Positions 1-14,569 of a stretch of DNA of 64,000 nt are shown here, one piece after another. The stretch comes from Felis catus (Eukaryota), in NCBI RefSeq assembly GCF_018350175.1, contig NC_058368.1:145392001-145456000 (forward strand), in the 5' to 3' direction. The translations under genes and the position numbers were made by a program. The notes under the pieces are model-generated. The model saw only the letters and a list, made by a program, of their open reading frames with translations, ran no database searches and was not told the DNA's origin. The first letter of the stretch is position 1. Each line of letters begins with the position of its first letter.

Positions 1-770
1 GTTCTTTTAAAAAAAATCAACTACCCTGTGCATTTTTTAAACATAAATTTTAGAATCATTTTACAAGTTTCATAAAAACTTAGGATTTTTTTCATGGTCT
101 ACAGTAAAGTTGTAGAGTTTTCCTGACATGATACATATATTCCTGGATATTTGACATGTTTTTGTTCATATTGGGAATGGTGTATTTTATCTTCATGATT
201 TTAATTGATTACTACTATATTTGTAAAATTATTGGTTTTTAAAATTTTCTTTTAAGTTTAGTTATTTTGAGAGGGAGGGAGGGGGAGAGAGACAGAGAGT
301 GAGAGAGGGAGAGAATAAGTGAGGAGGGGCAGAGAGAGAAAGAGAAAGAGAAAATCCCAAGCAGGCTCCTTGTTGTCAGTGCAAGATCATGACCTAAGCA
401 GGATGCTTAACCAACTGAGCCACCCAGGTGCCCCTAAAATTATTGTTTTTATATGTTGATCTTCCTGGACACTCTCTGAAACTCTCTTATTTATTTTTAT
501 TACTTTTTCTGTTGATTCTTTAGATTATTTAAGCACACCATGGAACCGTCTGCCATTTTATCTTTTCTTTTATAAGAACTTTCTCCAGACAATGAGTTGG
601 GACACTTGTGGACCTCACCTTGTATATTTCCAATCTCTTAGAGATTACTGTCCTGCACTGCCTGTGTCCCAATATCTGAAAATTCTGGTTTCATGTTTTT
701 TTGTTTAGCTTTCTAGTTGCTTAAGATGGAAGGGTAAATCTAGTCTCCATTCTATAGAACTACTAAAGAA
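1..770 (-). mobile_element. Old L1M fragments (antisense), interrupted by a SINEC
   Basis: aattttagaatca.., ttttatatgttgatctt.. antisense ORF2 motifs; 650-750 resembles 42640-42740. Confidence 0.6.
241..434 (-). mobile_element. Can-SINE (SINEC), internally deleted
   Basis: Ends ..gagccacccaggtgcccc; TSD taaaattattg(g)ttttt at 224-240 and 435-450. Confidence 0.9.
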
Positions 771-1685
771 ACAGAAGAAGGCAAAACTTCTTGAAGAATA
801 CTAGTGTGTATTGCCATTATATGAACATTTACATTTAATAAATATAGATTTTAACCTAAAATATTATCAGATATATATGATCATCAGTTCAACTGTTCTG
901 TTTCCAAACCAAGATTGGCAGCAGAGCAGTGGGAGAACATGATTAATTCATGGAAATGAAGAAGAGGTATTAAAGGATGTCTCCCTAAGATTTGTAGCAT
1001 TGTGGGCTATTGTGTTGGCCCAGCTTTCACATAGCTCTTGCCTTGATACAGAGGCAACAGACTTCCTTCTTCTTCTGTGATTTGCTCATGTCATGCTCTG
1101 GGAAGCAGGAGTTCTGATAGAAGATACAGAAGGAGAGGGCATTCAGTAGAAAAGCTTTAAACATGCACAGGCTTGGAATGGAGATGACTATGAGGGCAGA
1201 GATTGTGACTCATTCTGGGAAATATGTCAGGAAACTTTTGTTACATTAATAAAAAAGACTGAGAGGATAACATCTTCCCTCTTTTTCTTCCTCTTCCCTC
1301 TTTTCTGTCAGTGTGAGTTTGCCACATTCCTGATATTGATCCAATTAGTGGATATTGAATGCTCTTTTTGGCAAGTAGAATGATTTTAGTAAAGTCTTCA
1401 ATCTCACAGTATTCAGGCCTCATGGATAAAAAGCAGTGATTGTACTAGTACTGTGCAGCCTTCTCTAAAAGCTGTCAGTATCTTCTTCCCTATGATTGGT
1501 CAAAACCCTTTTGGTTTTCAGCAGTAGCCGTGAGAATCTGGCTTATTGTGCTCAGGTTGGAACAGCTTCTGAAGTACTAACCATTGACTCTGTCCTACCT
1601 TGGCTGTTCTTCTGGGCAAGCTGCCTCTGTGTTCTGTGCAGCAGCTGTGTGACTGCCTTTCACTCACCTCTTTCTGCTTTGCTAT

Positions 1686-1830
1686 CTATACTGAGTTGAA
1701 TAGTGTCCCCCCAAATTCATGTCCACCTTAATTTTGGACGTCAAGCCCCCAGTTTCAGAATGGTGAGAGAATAATACATATCTCTAGTTTTAAGCTACCC
1801 ATTTTGCAGTACTTTGTATGGCACCTATAC
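1686..1830 (+). mobile_element. MLT1 LTR remnant (internally deleted)
   Basis: gttgaatagtgtccccccaaattcatgtc and ttttaagctacccattttgcagtactttg. Confidence 0.65.
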
Positions 1831-1905
1831 AAAAGGAAGACCTTTCTCACTTTCCGTTTCTCTTCCTCCCACCCTCACAGCAGGAGCCTTCTCTGAGTTA
1901 AACTA

Positions 1906-2117
1906 GGGGCGCCTGGGTGGCGCAGTCGGTTAAGCGTCCGACTTCAGCCAGGTCACGATCTCGCGGTCTGTGGGTTCGAGCCCCGCGTCAGGCTCTGGGC
2001 TGATGGCTCAGAGCCTGGACCCTGTTTCCGATTCTGTGTCTCCCTCTCTCTCGGCCCCTCCCCCGTTCATGCTCTGTCTCTCTCTGTCCCAAAAATAAAT
2101 AAAAGTTGAAAAAAAAT
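1906..2117 (+). mobile_element. Young feline SINEC
   Basis: ggggcgcctgggtggcgcagtcggttaagcgtccgact head with A/B boxes, (CT)n, A-tail; CpGs intact. Confidence 0.96.
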
Positions 2118-2905
2118 ACACTGCTTAAGGTCAGGCACATTTTATTTTGTGAGAAACTAGTAAAGTTAACAAATTATTTGTACTGCTTTGCAAGAATAAT
2201 GCTTTGAAATCAAAGTGACAACATGCTACCCTGATAATTTTCTAGTGTCAGACTATCACATTTCTTTCAGTTTACTTTTCAGTATAAAATAACTTCAGTA
2301 CTCTTAATTCTCTTGCATGGTTTGCTTAGAAGAGATAATGTTATAAAACAGAAATTATTTATGAAAGAAATCAGATTTGGAGTAAATTTAAATCTAGAAA
2401 TCAAGACAGGGAAAGTCAGAACCTGTGTCATTTATATGTTTGTTTTTTATTCTATGATATTAGAAAAGCAATGACAAAACTTTAAGAAGATTTCAACTAG
2501 AGTGAACAAAATATGGTAAATCTCTATAAAGTTAAATTGGAAGTAGAAGCAAAGAGAAAAAAAATATTTTTCTGCACCAGGTTTCCCACATCCCCTCTAA
2601 TCACTTATAGTAGCTGTTGGCCATTCCTTGGGCACAGATAAGCCGGAATGCTCTAGGAGGCAAAACCAAATTGTTTAATATAAAAAAAGTATGAGGCACA
2701 GATGGAGGTCCCATATCTATGAACTGAAAATTGAAAACTCCAAATGGCTAAGTTGGAAAACCTGCAAACATTATTAAGAAAACAAAAGAAGAAAAAGAGA
2801 CTGAAATCCCACAAAATGCTTTATAGTGAAACTTAACATTGTACAGATACCTGTTGAAAGTGTTAATAAGGAAAATGGAACTGATGTGATTTAAAGTTAC
2901 TTTCT

Positions 2906-3123
2906 GGGGCGCCTGGGTGGCGCAGTCGGTTAAGCGTCCGACTTCAGCCAGGTCACGATCTCGCGGTCCGTGAGTTCGAGCCCCGCGTAGGGCTCTGGGC
3001 TGATGGCTCAGAGCCTGGAGCCTGTTTCCGATTCTGTGTCTCCCTCTCTCTCTGCCCCTCCCCCGTTCATGCTCTGTCTCGCTCTGTCTCAAAAATAAAA
3101 TAAAACGTTGAAAAAAAAAATTT
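2906..3123 (+). mobile_element. Young feline SINEC
   Basis: Same consensus; flanked by agttacttt direct repeats. Confidence 0.96.
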
Positions 3124-5959
3124 AGTTACTTTTTGGTGCTTTGGCTCCAAGAAAGAGAAGGGATTTAGCATCCTTTAAACTGTAATCATTGTCTAAAAAC
3201 GTGTGTGAAATAAGCAGGCTGTGTAGGTCTGTGTAAACACAGAAATGCATGCTTCCGTCAGATAAGGTCACTAAATTGGTTCAGTACCCTTTTCTGGTCT
3301 GACAAGTAGCCGGTTTTCTTTTGCCTTTTTTTTCTTGGGGCCAGTGTGCTTTTCTGTGTTTGACCTGCATTTGGGGAAGGGGAGGGTAGTGTGTTCTCCT
3401 GCTCATCTACGAAGTCAGGAATGGGCTGGAGGTGAAAAGAGGGGGGACTTGGCAGGTCTGAGAGTCCTGCCAGGAAAAGGGAGCAGAGCTGTTGTTAGAA
3501 AACCAACTTCTTAGGCAAATGAGCACAGTGACAGGCCTCTCTGTATGTCTTCATTGAATGAAACAAAGAATTGAAGACCCTTAAAATTGGAATTTTAAGT
3601 AGCCAAAAAGATGTTTGCCAAAGATATGCTAGAATTCTAGGAAAGAAGTATTGACCTTGTTTTGGTTTACCAACTAGAGGGTTAGTTTAAAAAGGAGAGA
3701 AAAACAAAAATTAGTATATGTAAAAACATTTGTGGTTTTTAGAATAATTTTGACTTCAGAGTGGAAGGAAAGTTTAAAACTTTCCTTATTTAGTCTTCCT
3801 AGAATAGTGTTTTCTTACATGGGTTGGATCTTTATTTTACTTTATTTGTTTTAATTTTTACAAGGAAAAACAGTACACGGTCACTCCAGAAACTTTTATA
3901 ATACATAGATATATAAAATACAGAAGAAAATATTTTCTTTCCCCTGTTTCAGATATGTAGTTTGTTTTCTATGTAAATACAAATATATGAATGCACACTT
4001 ATAATATATTTATGTAAATGGGATCATTGTTCTGTAACTTACTTTTTCCACCTAATATTATATCATGGCATCCTTTGTTGTGAGTTATTGAACGTCTGTG
4101 TTATTTTCATAGTTATCCCTTTAACCTTAAATAATGTACATCTGCTTCCTGATTTCTCATCTTTGGACAATAAAAATTGATTCCTGTTGTGATAGATAAG
4201 GAATTAAATGTGCTTATACTATCTCCCACATTCCTTCCTGTTCTACTTCTGTTTTTTAAATTATATTATTATTTTTATATCATCAAGATTTATAATATTT
4301 AGATTTTGTTTATTATATTTAATAATAATTTAATTATTTCTCTTTGTCTTGTTTATAGATGGATTAGAATTTAAATCTAATAAAAGTATATAGTGACTGT
4401 GCTAATGTAGGCAAGATTCACTGCTGAACTAGGTATTGTGATAGAAGGCAGTATAACCCACTGATATGCTGCTGCCTTGGAGAGAATATTTCAGTCAAAC
4501 TCCTACAGATTATCTTTTCTTTTCATACCTTGGCCTTGCTTAAGAAAGCTCTTTTAATTGGGAAGAATCAGAGAGTGTCCAGTCAAGGGCCTGTGGTCAC
4601 GTGTGTTTTGTTGTTTGATTTCCAGCGAATGAACAAATACGTTCAGTAGGCATTCACACGTTAGGTCAAACAGAAAAAAGCAATAATTATGGGTTGTGTT
4701 GTGAAAATGGTGAAGCAAGGGGGTATCAGCCTATATTGGATGGGACCCAGCCAGAATTTTTTTTTCCCCCACAAGGACAGCCCCAGCTTCCTTAGCTGGA
4801 GCTGAGGTACATCTCCAATCCTCTGCCCTAGAAAGTTTTGAGGTAAGGGTAGATTATTTAATAAATTACTGTGTTATGTTGAATAAACTCCAAAATACTA
4901 AAAGACCAGGGAAAATTAGAGATGTACAAAGCTTTTTTTCAAAGCTGAAATATGTTATATCCTCATTTTTACTTTTGGGTTTTGGTTTCTTGAGTTTTTG
5001 GTCTTTTGAAATTTTTGGAAATGCATTCCAAATGCATATGGAAGGTATAATGATATCAGAAATTGGAACCAGAGTTAGTAAGATTGGGTGGGTGTGAGGG
5101 GTGGGCACGAGGTGGGGACACATTAACATTTTTAGAATTGTGTTCTGGAGGATCTCTAAATCCTTAACTACTTTCCTACACCAACTTTGGCTTTTTAAAA
5201 AATGGACAGGTACTACTTTAACATCTGATCTACCCAGTATAATCTTTGCTTTCCAGAGGCAGTTTTTACTTTCTTTTTTCACCCCTTAGATTAATCAGCT
5301 ATGGGCAGCTACTGGTAGTATTGATTTGATCTCTTACAGAAGGAAAGAATAACCTCCTGAGATTTGTGGCCTAGGTTTGGCCTGTTACTCAGGGTTCCAC
5401 TGACCCTGAAGGGACTGATCAGTGTTGGCAGTGACCTAGAAACTACTGCATCCCTTAATTCCTCCCCAGCAACCTTGCCATTCTGGGCTGTTAACTTGAG
5501 TTTGAGTCCTATGTGCAAGACTACTACAAAGCAGAGCTGAAGTCCTTAGGTAACCACCTTTTTTTTTCTTTTTCTTTTTCTTTTTTTTTTAGATAGCAGT
5601 GTTTTTCTAGAGACCATTAAAACCTTATTAAAATTCAACAACAGAAACCCTATAATTATTTGGATAGCTGGATTCCAAAAGGCATAACAGCTCTCTGGGT
5701 GGCATAGCCCATGGCAACTTGTGAGAAAGCAGACACAAACATGTTCTGTTAAGAAATCTTTAGATCCCCTTCCAATACACAATCAGAACCACACTAGAAA
5801 ACTTGTCTCTATAGCTTTCTATACAGCTTCCAAGACATTTTCTCCCTAGAAGTTCAAGATTGGGATTTATTACAGCAGTGTGATAGCCTGGAGACATATG
5901 TTCAAAGGACAATCAATGAAGGATTTGTTTAACAATCAATGAAGTATTTGTTACTTATT

Positions 5960-7080
5960 GGCACAGAAGGCTTTGTATACTAAAAAAGTAAGTTTCCTTC
6001 CTAACCCTACTACCCTCTTCACCCACACTTTCAGAGGTCACCACTGATACCAGTGTCTTGGGTGTCCTTCCAGATATATTCAGTACACACAAAAGCATAT
6101 GCATTTGTATTTAAACAAATGATGACATAATATACACACACGCATACTGTTCTGCACATTTTTCCCCTTAATGATCTATTTTAGTTATTACTCCATATCA
6201 CTACTTGTAGAACTTACTCAATTTTTATGGCTACATAACATTCCATTATTTGGATATACCACAATGTTATTTAACTTCACTGATAGGCATTTAGGTTATA
6301 TCCAATTTTATGCTGTTGAAGCAATACTTTATACGTATCATTCCATGAATTCTGTTTCCTACATGTGCAACTCTATTTGTAAGATGCATTTCTGGGTGGA
6401 AGACACGTGCATTATTAATGTGTATAGGTATTGCCAACTTGTTCCTGAGGAGATTATACTAATTTACCCTGCCCTGGCAACATAGGACAGTGTCTACCAT
6501 TTTATTTATATTTTTATCTACCCGCTATATTTTCATGCTTTTTTTTATCTTTGCCAATCTGATAGGTAAAAAAATGGTATCACACAGTTTTAATTTGCAT
6601 TTATCTTATGGGAAACATTAAACCTATTTTTATATGGTTAATATCCCTATGTACTTCCTCTGCAGTGAACTGTTTATATCCTTTACTCATTTTCCTATTG
6701 AGTTGCTGGTCTTTTTCTTATTGGTTTATTGGAACTGTCAATACATTGTAGAAATTAAAGCTATTTATATATTGACATAATTAGTCCTTTTCTATGATAT
6801 GGCTGCAAATCTATTTTTCATATTTTGATGTTTGTCTTTTGACTTTATGGTGTTAAGGTTTTTTTTTTCTGTGGAGTGGAAATTATCAATATTTTATTAT
6901 GACTGTGAAGTTTTTGTCTATTTTTAAAATATCTTTATATATACATATATACATATATATATATATAAACATACAAATATAAAATCATTTACATATATTT
7001 TCTAGTGTTTTCATCTAGCACATTTATGGCATTGTTTTTTCTCATTTAAGTCTTTATTCCTTATTTTGGTATAAAGTGAA
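5960..7080 (-). mobile_element. Old L1ME-like fragment
   Basis: Antisense L1 3' motifs (tttgccaatctgataggtaaaaaaatggtatc..ttttaatttgcattt). Confidence 0.75.
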
Positions 7081-7689
7081 GGGCATTCTGTGGAGATAAC
7101 TTGAGTTTTGACTGTGCGGAGGAAGTGTTCTCTTTTTAATTGGTGTTTGGCTTACAGCACCTGGACACATTCTATTAGTTTCTCTTCTGCAGTGATGGAA
7201 TGAAGCAACCTGCTTTGTGGCAGATGGGCAGCACGGAGTTCTGATGGCTGAAGTGTAGTTAGATACAGGACAGTGACAGTTTTAAGTTATGAGATTAATG
7301 GCAGTTACAGAGGCCTAGGTTAAGGCTGGGCAAATTGCCAGAAAGTAAGGTTTGAGGTAGTAGTAAAGACCACTTAAAAAGCAGTCTCAGCACTGTCACA
7401 GCTCAAGATGAGTGTTCGCAGAGGCCAGTTTCGTATATGGAGAGCTCCAAGTGAGCATACTATTCCTAAAGGTTGGGAGTTGTTTGTGGCCATTTCCCCT
7501 GAGACAGCTACAGATTGCTTGGTTGACTCTGTTCTTAGAGTTCCAAATGGGAACTTGAATGAATTAAGTGAAGTAATTCTCAATCCTGGCTGCTGCATTA
7601 CAGACTACAGGAAAGTTGTGACTGGGAACCCCAGCTAAGGTTGAGAACCATTGTTTAATGTAATCAGTCTGCAATCCCTTTGAATCAGG

Positions 7690-7855
7690 GATTGCAGTAC
7701 ATGTTGCCTCAGTGCCTCCAAAAGTGCACACAAATTATCTGGGATCCTGTTACATACAGATTCTGATTCAGAGGTTCCCGAGCAAAGCTTGAGATCCTGT
7801 GTGTCTAACAAGCTCCCAGATGACAAGGAGGCTCCTGGTTCCCAGATCACCCTTC
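7690..7855. mobile_element. MER5A-like hAT-Charlie
   Basis: cagattctgattcag..ctaacaagctcccagatga. Confidence 0.7.
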
Positions 7856-8790
7856 AATGCTTCAGCTTGTTACTCAGTGTGCAAAGTTTGGGCTTTCACC
7901 ACTCCACAACAGTCAGTAAGCATGTTTCTACCATGATGCTGATCTCTGGCAGAATTGCTTAGTGTGGTATGGAGAGCCCTGGGGTCATATGGCCTGTTTT
8001 CCAGTTCCAGTGGCTCCCCCAATTAGTTGTAAGACAGATCTCTTAAAAGTACTTAAGTCCTTCACCCTCTAATCCCTAACACGATAGGGTTGAGTTGGAT
8101 AAACTGCAAGGTTTCCTTTGTTCCTGCCTTCTCCTGTTCTGGTCCAGAGTGTTTTCAGACTCCGTGGAGACAAGGAACCAGTGTTTTATGTGCAAGCAGA
8201 CTCTGTAGTTAGGACCCTTTCTTCCCCAGGGGCTGGGGCCTAGTCTTAACTTTGGATTGCTTGGGGAAAATAAAACTAACACGTGTTAAAAAATTAAAGA
8301 AAACTTGACATTGAATTGTAGGCTATCATAACTACAGAATGAATGCAGGGAAGCTAGAGTTGAGTGTCTACCAGGAAAGTCAGTTGAGATTTGAGTTAAT
8401 TATCATTTATTGGGCCAGACAGACTGTAGTACTAGCTCAGGGGGCAGTTCCTCATGCTTTTATGTTTGCTTGTCTCTACAAAAGCAACCTTCAACAGTGA
8501 AGAGGAGAACATATTTTTCTGCCTTAAAACAGCGTAGGAGAAGGCCTACTTCTGTGAAAGTAAATGTTTGAAAGGAAGCTAATATTCTATAAACTCTTTT
8601 TTTTCTATATTTAATTTTTCAAGGCTAATGTTGACTGTTAAGAGATTGATACTGAAAAGAAATTTACCATATATATAGGCTGTGTCAAAAATCCCATGTA
8701 TCTCCTTATAGACACCAATAAGTAGTATCAGAAAGTACCCACAATAGAAACAACATCCCTTAAATTACAAGTAATATTAAAAATGACACA

Positions 8791-9010
8791 GGGGCGCCTG
8801 GATGGCGCAGTCGGTTAAGCGTCCGACTTCAGCCAGGTCACGATCTCGCGGTCCGTGAGTTCGAGCCCCGCGTCAGGCTCTGGGCTGATGGCTCGGAGCC
8901 TGGAGCCTGTTTCCGATTCTGTGTCTCCCTCTCTCTCTGCCCCTCCCCCGTTCATGCTCTGTCTCTCTCTGTCCCAAAAATAAAAAACGTTGAAAAAAAA
9001 AATTAAAAAA
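8791..9010 (+). mobile_element. Young feline SINEC
   Basis: TSD aaaaatgacaca at 8779-8790 and 9011-9022. Confidence 0.97.
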
Positions 9011-9559
9011 AAAAATGACACATCTCTCTATCTTAATTCATTGGATAAGAGATCAGATAATACATTTAGATTTTATAACACAGGTGTATAGGAATTTTTG
9101 ACTTAACCTCTTGGTGTCAAAGGAGATGTATTTTGCCTTGTATTAGAATTTGCCGTTAGAAGAGGTTGTATGATCAGCCCTCATGAAACAGAATAGTTAC
9201 CTTCATTTGATGAATCAGATTTAGTACACACAGTTCAGTTCTAACTCTTCTCTGAATGTCTAAAGGGTTTTTTTTGTTCCCTCTATAGCTAGATTATTTT
9301 TAAATTGCAGACTGCCAGTACTTTCTGTCTCACAAACACGTATCATTATGGTTTTACTGTATTTGGTAAATCTTTTATATAATCAACTATTGATTATCTA
9401 GTATAATGAGGGTGATCATACAATATAGTAGAAAACCATCTAGTTTAGTCATTCAAGTCAAACTATTTCATGATTTAGGAGCCTCTTTCTGTGGTTATAG
9501 GAGGCCCATTCTCAACAGCAGGAAAACTCATCTAGTTTTAACATAATAAACACAATATA

Positions 9560-10100
9560 GGTCATTTTATAGAAAGATTATTTTAGTTGCAAGTGACAGA
9601 AAGCCCAATCCAAATTGGGTGAAGCCAAGGAGGGGCTTTTTGAAGCCGGGTAATTGCAAAATTTGAGGGTAGAACTAACTTTAAGTATGGGTGGTGTAAA
9701 TAGTGTAATCAGGATCTGGTCTTTCTGCATCTCATGGCTTTGCTTTCCTCTGCATTGGCTTCATTCTCAGGCTCCATTTAATTACTTGATGGCTGCCAAC
9801 ACTGCCAAGGCTGCCCGTCTTCCTGGTTGAAATCCAGTCGAAAAGAGAATACCGTTCCCCGTCCCCTAACTGAAGTCCTGAACTGTTTTCATTGGCCCTG
9901 AGTAGACTGCCCGTCTGAGTTTCTGAGGTCAGCAGGACTGATGTCCTTATTGGCCAGATCAGAGTTCTTTGATCATTCTCATAGTTGGGAGGCCATGTCC
10001 ACACTGACAGGGAAGTAGGGAATGCTTCCATAGAAGATAATTGACTACTCTTCCAGAAGATGGGGCAATAAATACCTGATGTAAAAAGCAGCAACAACAA
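9560..10100 (-). mobile_element. Old MaLR LTR (MLT1J/K-like)
   Basis: tagttgcaagtgacagaaagcccaa; ggcttcattctcaggct. Confidence 0.65.
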
Positions 10101-10521
10101 CTACACTCACTACATATATCTTTCTCAATTTAAACCAATATTAAATGTCATTTATGTTGTCTAAATATAGAGATTTCAGTGGTAGAAGGACATCGGGGAT
10201 GTACTTTGTGTTTAGATGATGCAGAACTAGAATTAAAAAAAATGATTAATTCTACAAAATGTATAACTTGAATGAAATAATAAAAGGTGATTATATTGGA
10301 TACCTAATAGCTTACTTTACAGGGAAGAATGATATTCAAAATGTCTAACAACCTGTGGCAGTGGTATCAACCAGTCATAATAAGTTGGATCCAGCCAATT
10401 AGAACTGGTGCTGATCAGGACCAAACAGCAGCATTCTTTTGTGAGTGCTGGTAAAGTGTCAGCCCAGGCAACTGGGAGGCATTGTAAAGGTGCCGCCAGA
10501 TTTCTCAGAAAATATAGTTCC

Positions 10522-10975
10522 TGTATTAGTTTCCTAGGGCTACCATAAGAAAGTACTATGAACTGAATGGTTTAAAACAAGTACATTCTCTTATGGTTCT
10601 GGAGGTTGGGAGTTGAAAAGCAATATGTCGGCAGGGCAACACTCCCTCTAAAAGTTCTAGAGAAAAATCTTTCCTTGCCTCTTCTTCCTTCTGATGATTG
10701 GTGGCAACTGTTGGCATTCTTTGGTTTGTAGATGCACCACTTCAGTTTGTGCCTGTGTTTTTCTGTGGCCTTCTCCACTGTGTATCTGTGTCTCTGTAAC
10801 CAAATTTCCCTCTTCTTGTAAGGTTGCCAGTTGCATTGGATTCAGGGTCTACCCTATTCCAGTATGACCTCCTCTTAACTTTATACATTTGCATAGACCC
10901 TGTTTCCCAAATAAAGTCACATTTACAGGTTCCAGGTGGACATGAATTTAGAAGGGACATTATTCAAACTAGCTC
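10522..10975 (-). mobile_element. MaLR LTR (MLT1B/C-like)
   Basis: tgtattagtttcctagggct...ataaagtcacattt..ggacattattcaa, typical MLT1. Confidence 0.85.
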
Positions 10976-11324
10976 AAGTACCTAAAATCCAATGCTCTTA
11001 CATTGTTGGCATGACACAAAATTAAAAAAAAAAAAAGCAATATATTAAAATGTACTATAAAATTTTTCTTTTCTTATTTTATAGATAAAAACTGGATTTT
11101 TGAATCTTAGTGAAAGTATTTAAGTGAATTATGAATTGTTTTAGTTGGAATGCTATTCTGTATTTTAACTGCTGCATCAGAATCAGTAATCTCATCTTCA
11201 TTAATTATAACTATTTCTGTTAAAATGTGAATGTTAGTATGATAGTTTGGTGGAGAATTAATAATATTCATTGATATGTAGGTATGTTTGTACATGAGGT
11301 ATTAACATTTTTATACAGGACCTT

Positions 11325-11542
11325 TTTTTTTTAAATTTTTTTAAATGTTTATTTTTGAGACAGAGAGAGACAGAGCATGAGCAGGGGAGGGGCAGAGAGA
11401 GAAGGAGACACAGAATCCAAAGCAGGCTCCAGGCTCTGAGCTGTCAGCACAGAGCCCAAGGCGGGGCTTGAACTCAAAGACCGCGAGATCATGACCTGAG
11501 CCGAAGTCGGACACTCAACCGACTGAGCCACCCAGGCGCCCC
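11325..11542 (-). mobile_element. SINEC
   Basis: TSD tatacaggacctt at 11312-11324 and 11544-11556. Confidence 0.96.
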
Positions 11543-12424
11543 ATATACAGGACCTTATTGAATTCAACCAAATTTTGCTTAAAAAAATGGAACTGACCAC
11601 AATTAGATAAACATTATCCATTACTGTATTTAAGAGCAAATATAAGAAAGAGGCTAGCAGTACAAATTGGTAAAGGGCTTGGAAGTCCCATCTTCCCCAT
11701 GGAACATTTGAAAATGGTGGTATTGTCATCAAGGTTTTAAAGAATGAATGGCTTTGTAGAAAAGAGCTTAGACTCTGGAGAGCAGAATTGAAACCATTGA
11801 GTTAAGGTTAAAGATAAACATTTCAATGCAGTATAATACTTTCTCAATGAACAATGTACTGTGTATGAAAATGGAGGCGGTGGTCATGTAAGGGAGTAAA
11901 GCGTGGGTTCCTGGAAGTGCTCAGGCAAGTGCTGCATAATTATTTCCCTGTGATGTTTAATGGAGATCTTGTCTTAAACAAGAAGTCAAAATGGAAGGTC
12001 CCTTCTAACTTCAAGATCTGTTGCAAGTTCTCCTTAAATTTCTCTTTTTATATAGGCCATGAAATCAATATTAATATGTGATGAAATATTTAAGTTTAAA
12101 CGCTTTTTAACAGGTGCCAACCAGAAGTTTTGCTCTATGACTTATGTGCTATGGACTGCTTAGGAAGGAGCAGGGAGATCTAAGAGAAGGGGGAAACATC
12201 ATTAATAAGTGAGAATGGTAGAGGATTAAAACTTCTATTCAATGAGTAGCTACTATGTCCAGGGTTTATTGGATGAATTTCTTTATCCATATTATCTCAT
12301 TTCTTTGAATGTATTTAGTTTTTTATTGCTCAGTTTCAAACTTATGGAAAACTATAGTGCTTAAAATGATGAATTCTTAAAATAATTGGCATTTTCTTAT
12401 GTATTCTTTGGTGATGCAACACAG

Positions 12425-12532
12425 GACTCTTCTGAAGGCTACATGTGCAAAACACACTTTCAAATTAAACCCGAGACTCTGATGTCACATTCGGGAGCAT
12501 CTGCCTGTGTACAGACATGTCTTCCCATTGAG
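12425..12532 (+). other. Candidate 108-nt spliced exon of an unidentified host gene
   Basis: acag| acceptor (pyrimidine tract weak and distal) and a consensus GAG|GTAAGT donor. Only frame 0 is open (DSSEGYMCKTHFQIKPETLMSHSGASACVQTCLPIE). Non-repeat sequence, GC-richer than its flanks. Confidence 0.45.
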
Positions 12533-14349
12533 GTAAGTGGTTTAATATGTCTTATTCTCCTTTTCAGTCTTTTTGAAGTATAAAGGAAACAATTTAAATC
12601 TTAAACATATATTTGAAAACATTAACTGGCATTGGATCCTGGGCCTGTTGTAAGGCAAAAATTGAATATCATTGGTCAGGAAGTATTTTCTTCTATAATA
12701 TCGAAAGCAGGAATTGTGGTAGTGTAAAGATCTACTGAGTCCTTACAGTCTCTGAGCCTTCACCCTTTTGGTTTCTCTTGGATCTGAAGACCACAGACGA
12801 CTTCCATTGCCTGTTGATTTTTCTCCAGTGAAATCCTCCCAGGACAACACAGACATGTCCCTTAGCTGATTAATACATAGCTGGAGACTTCTTTGCCTAG
12901 TCTGCCTTTAACTCTTTTCCCTTTAAAACTCTATGCCTTTTAAACTATGCTGGATCTGGGTCTCATTCCTTAGGGGACTTTAACCTTGACTTAAAAATCT
13001 TCCTAAATTAAATTTTAATAAGGTGCTGATGGCTTAGTGGTTTTCTGGGATACTTTCAATTTTATTTTTATCAAAATGCAAATAGCCTTCTTATATTGTT
13101 ATTGTTAATAAAGAAATTTTTATATATCTATGGCAAAAGTAAACAAGAAATATGTAAAGAGTACAAAAACTGCCATATGTCCTTTAACTGGATGTAGCCA
13201 CTATTATAATAAATATCTTTCCACAAATTTTCTGTCGTACAGACATGTACATACTTTTTTTTTCAATGCACAAGTAATATATCATAGACTTCTTTACATG
13301 TCAGTAAATGTAGAATTCCATAGTTCTTTAAATGGCTTCATTGCATTTCATCCTTTGGATACACCATAATTTTGTAGAGCCCATTCTGAAGTAAAGTACT
13401 TGAATTCTAAAATAGAATTGATGGGGATCTAATTGCCTCAACACAAAGGAAGAAAATACTAATGCTTGGAATTCTGAGCATTCTGGTAAAATGCGAGATT
13501 ACGATTTTCTTGTGAAGGAAGAAAGAACCATTTCCTAGGACCTGTTAAGTCAGACCCATTTGGCAATCCGGCATTAGACTCCCACCTCTCTTTCCCCACT
13601 GCCTGTGTATGACACTGGCCTAGAAGTAACTCTTGCCAGTATAATTCAGTTTGCAAGTTATTCTTGAGGGTATTGTGCTTGGTAATAAGCTAAGTGCCCC
13701 TGGGTAGGCGCTCAAATCCTGATTACTGCTTCGTAGTTCAAATAACCAACATCGCATTAGGAAGCTTTTCAATTCATTACATATTAACTTAAAAAATGCA
13801 CACAGAAATGGTGATTTAAAAGATGAATTACCAGTTTATGCCTAACAAGTTGGCAGAGATTTGAAAAGAACTAAAAAGCAGTGTTGACAGTGTGAGGGAA
13901 CTGACACTTTCTGGTTGATGTTTTAACTTCACAGAGTTTAAAGACGGGCACATACTACGAAAAATCTATTCCAATTCTAGGAATTAACCTCATAAAATAG
14001 AAATCTTTTCAACATTTTCTAACAAATTTCAAACATGAAAAGGTTGCAAGAATTTAGCAGTCAACATCCATATTCTCCTCACCTAGAGTCTTTCATTGAC
14101 ATTTGCTGTGCTTGCTTTATTACATGTCTGTCCCTCTATTCATCTATCAGTACAGTTTATTTTTTAATTTAATACTTCTACCTCAAAGTAAATTGAAGAC
14201 AAATATTCATAGAATTATTGGAAATGTACACAGAGATTTAACTGCAAGTACATTCATTTCACCATTATTTATACTAGCAAAAAATGGAAACTGCGGAAAT
14301 ACAGAACAATAATGGATTGGTTAATTATGGCACATCTCTGTGATGGCAG

Positions 14350-14455
14350 TTGTGATTCAGTAGGCCTGGAATGGGCCTGAGAGTTTGCAGTTCTAAAAAG
14401 TTCCTGAATGCTGCTACTGCTGCTGGGCCAGCAATCACATTTTGAGAACCACTGC
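14350..14455. mobile_element. MER5A-like fragment
   Basis: gattcagtaggcctggaatgggcctgag...tttgagaaccactg. Confidence 0.75.
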
Positions 14456-14569
14456 ACTGCTCTATAATAGAATGCCTAGCATATTTGAGATGCTGCGCAG
14501 CTGAGATGGTTAGTTGAACTGATGTATGACAGCATCGATATTGCAGTAATCTTGGTGAGATGAGAGATA

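Noticed and set aside
2748..3092. ORFs with RERGRHRIGNRLQ / AQSVKRPTSAQVMIS motifs (also 8815, 11349, 31098, 35068, 37263, 40116, 40684, 44755, 51222)
   Set aside because: They are translations of SINEC copies, not genes
4710..4750. 5S rRNA-like words (ttggatggga)
   Set aside because: Similarity too short and degenerate to support
4866..5289. Overlapping 138/73/62-aa ORFs
   Set aside because: Low-complexity composition, partial overlap with a MER5-like remnant, no recognisable homology or splice context
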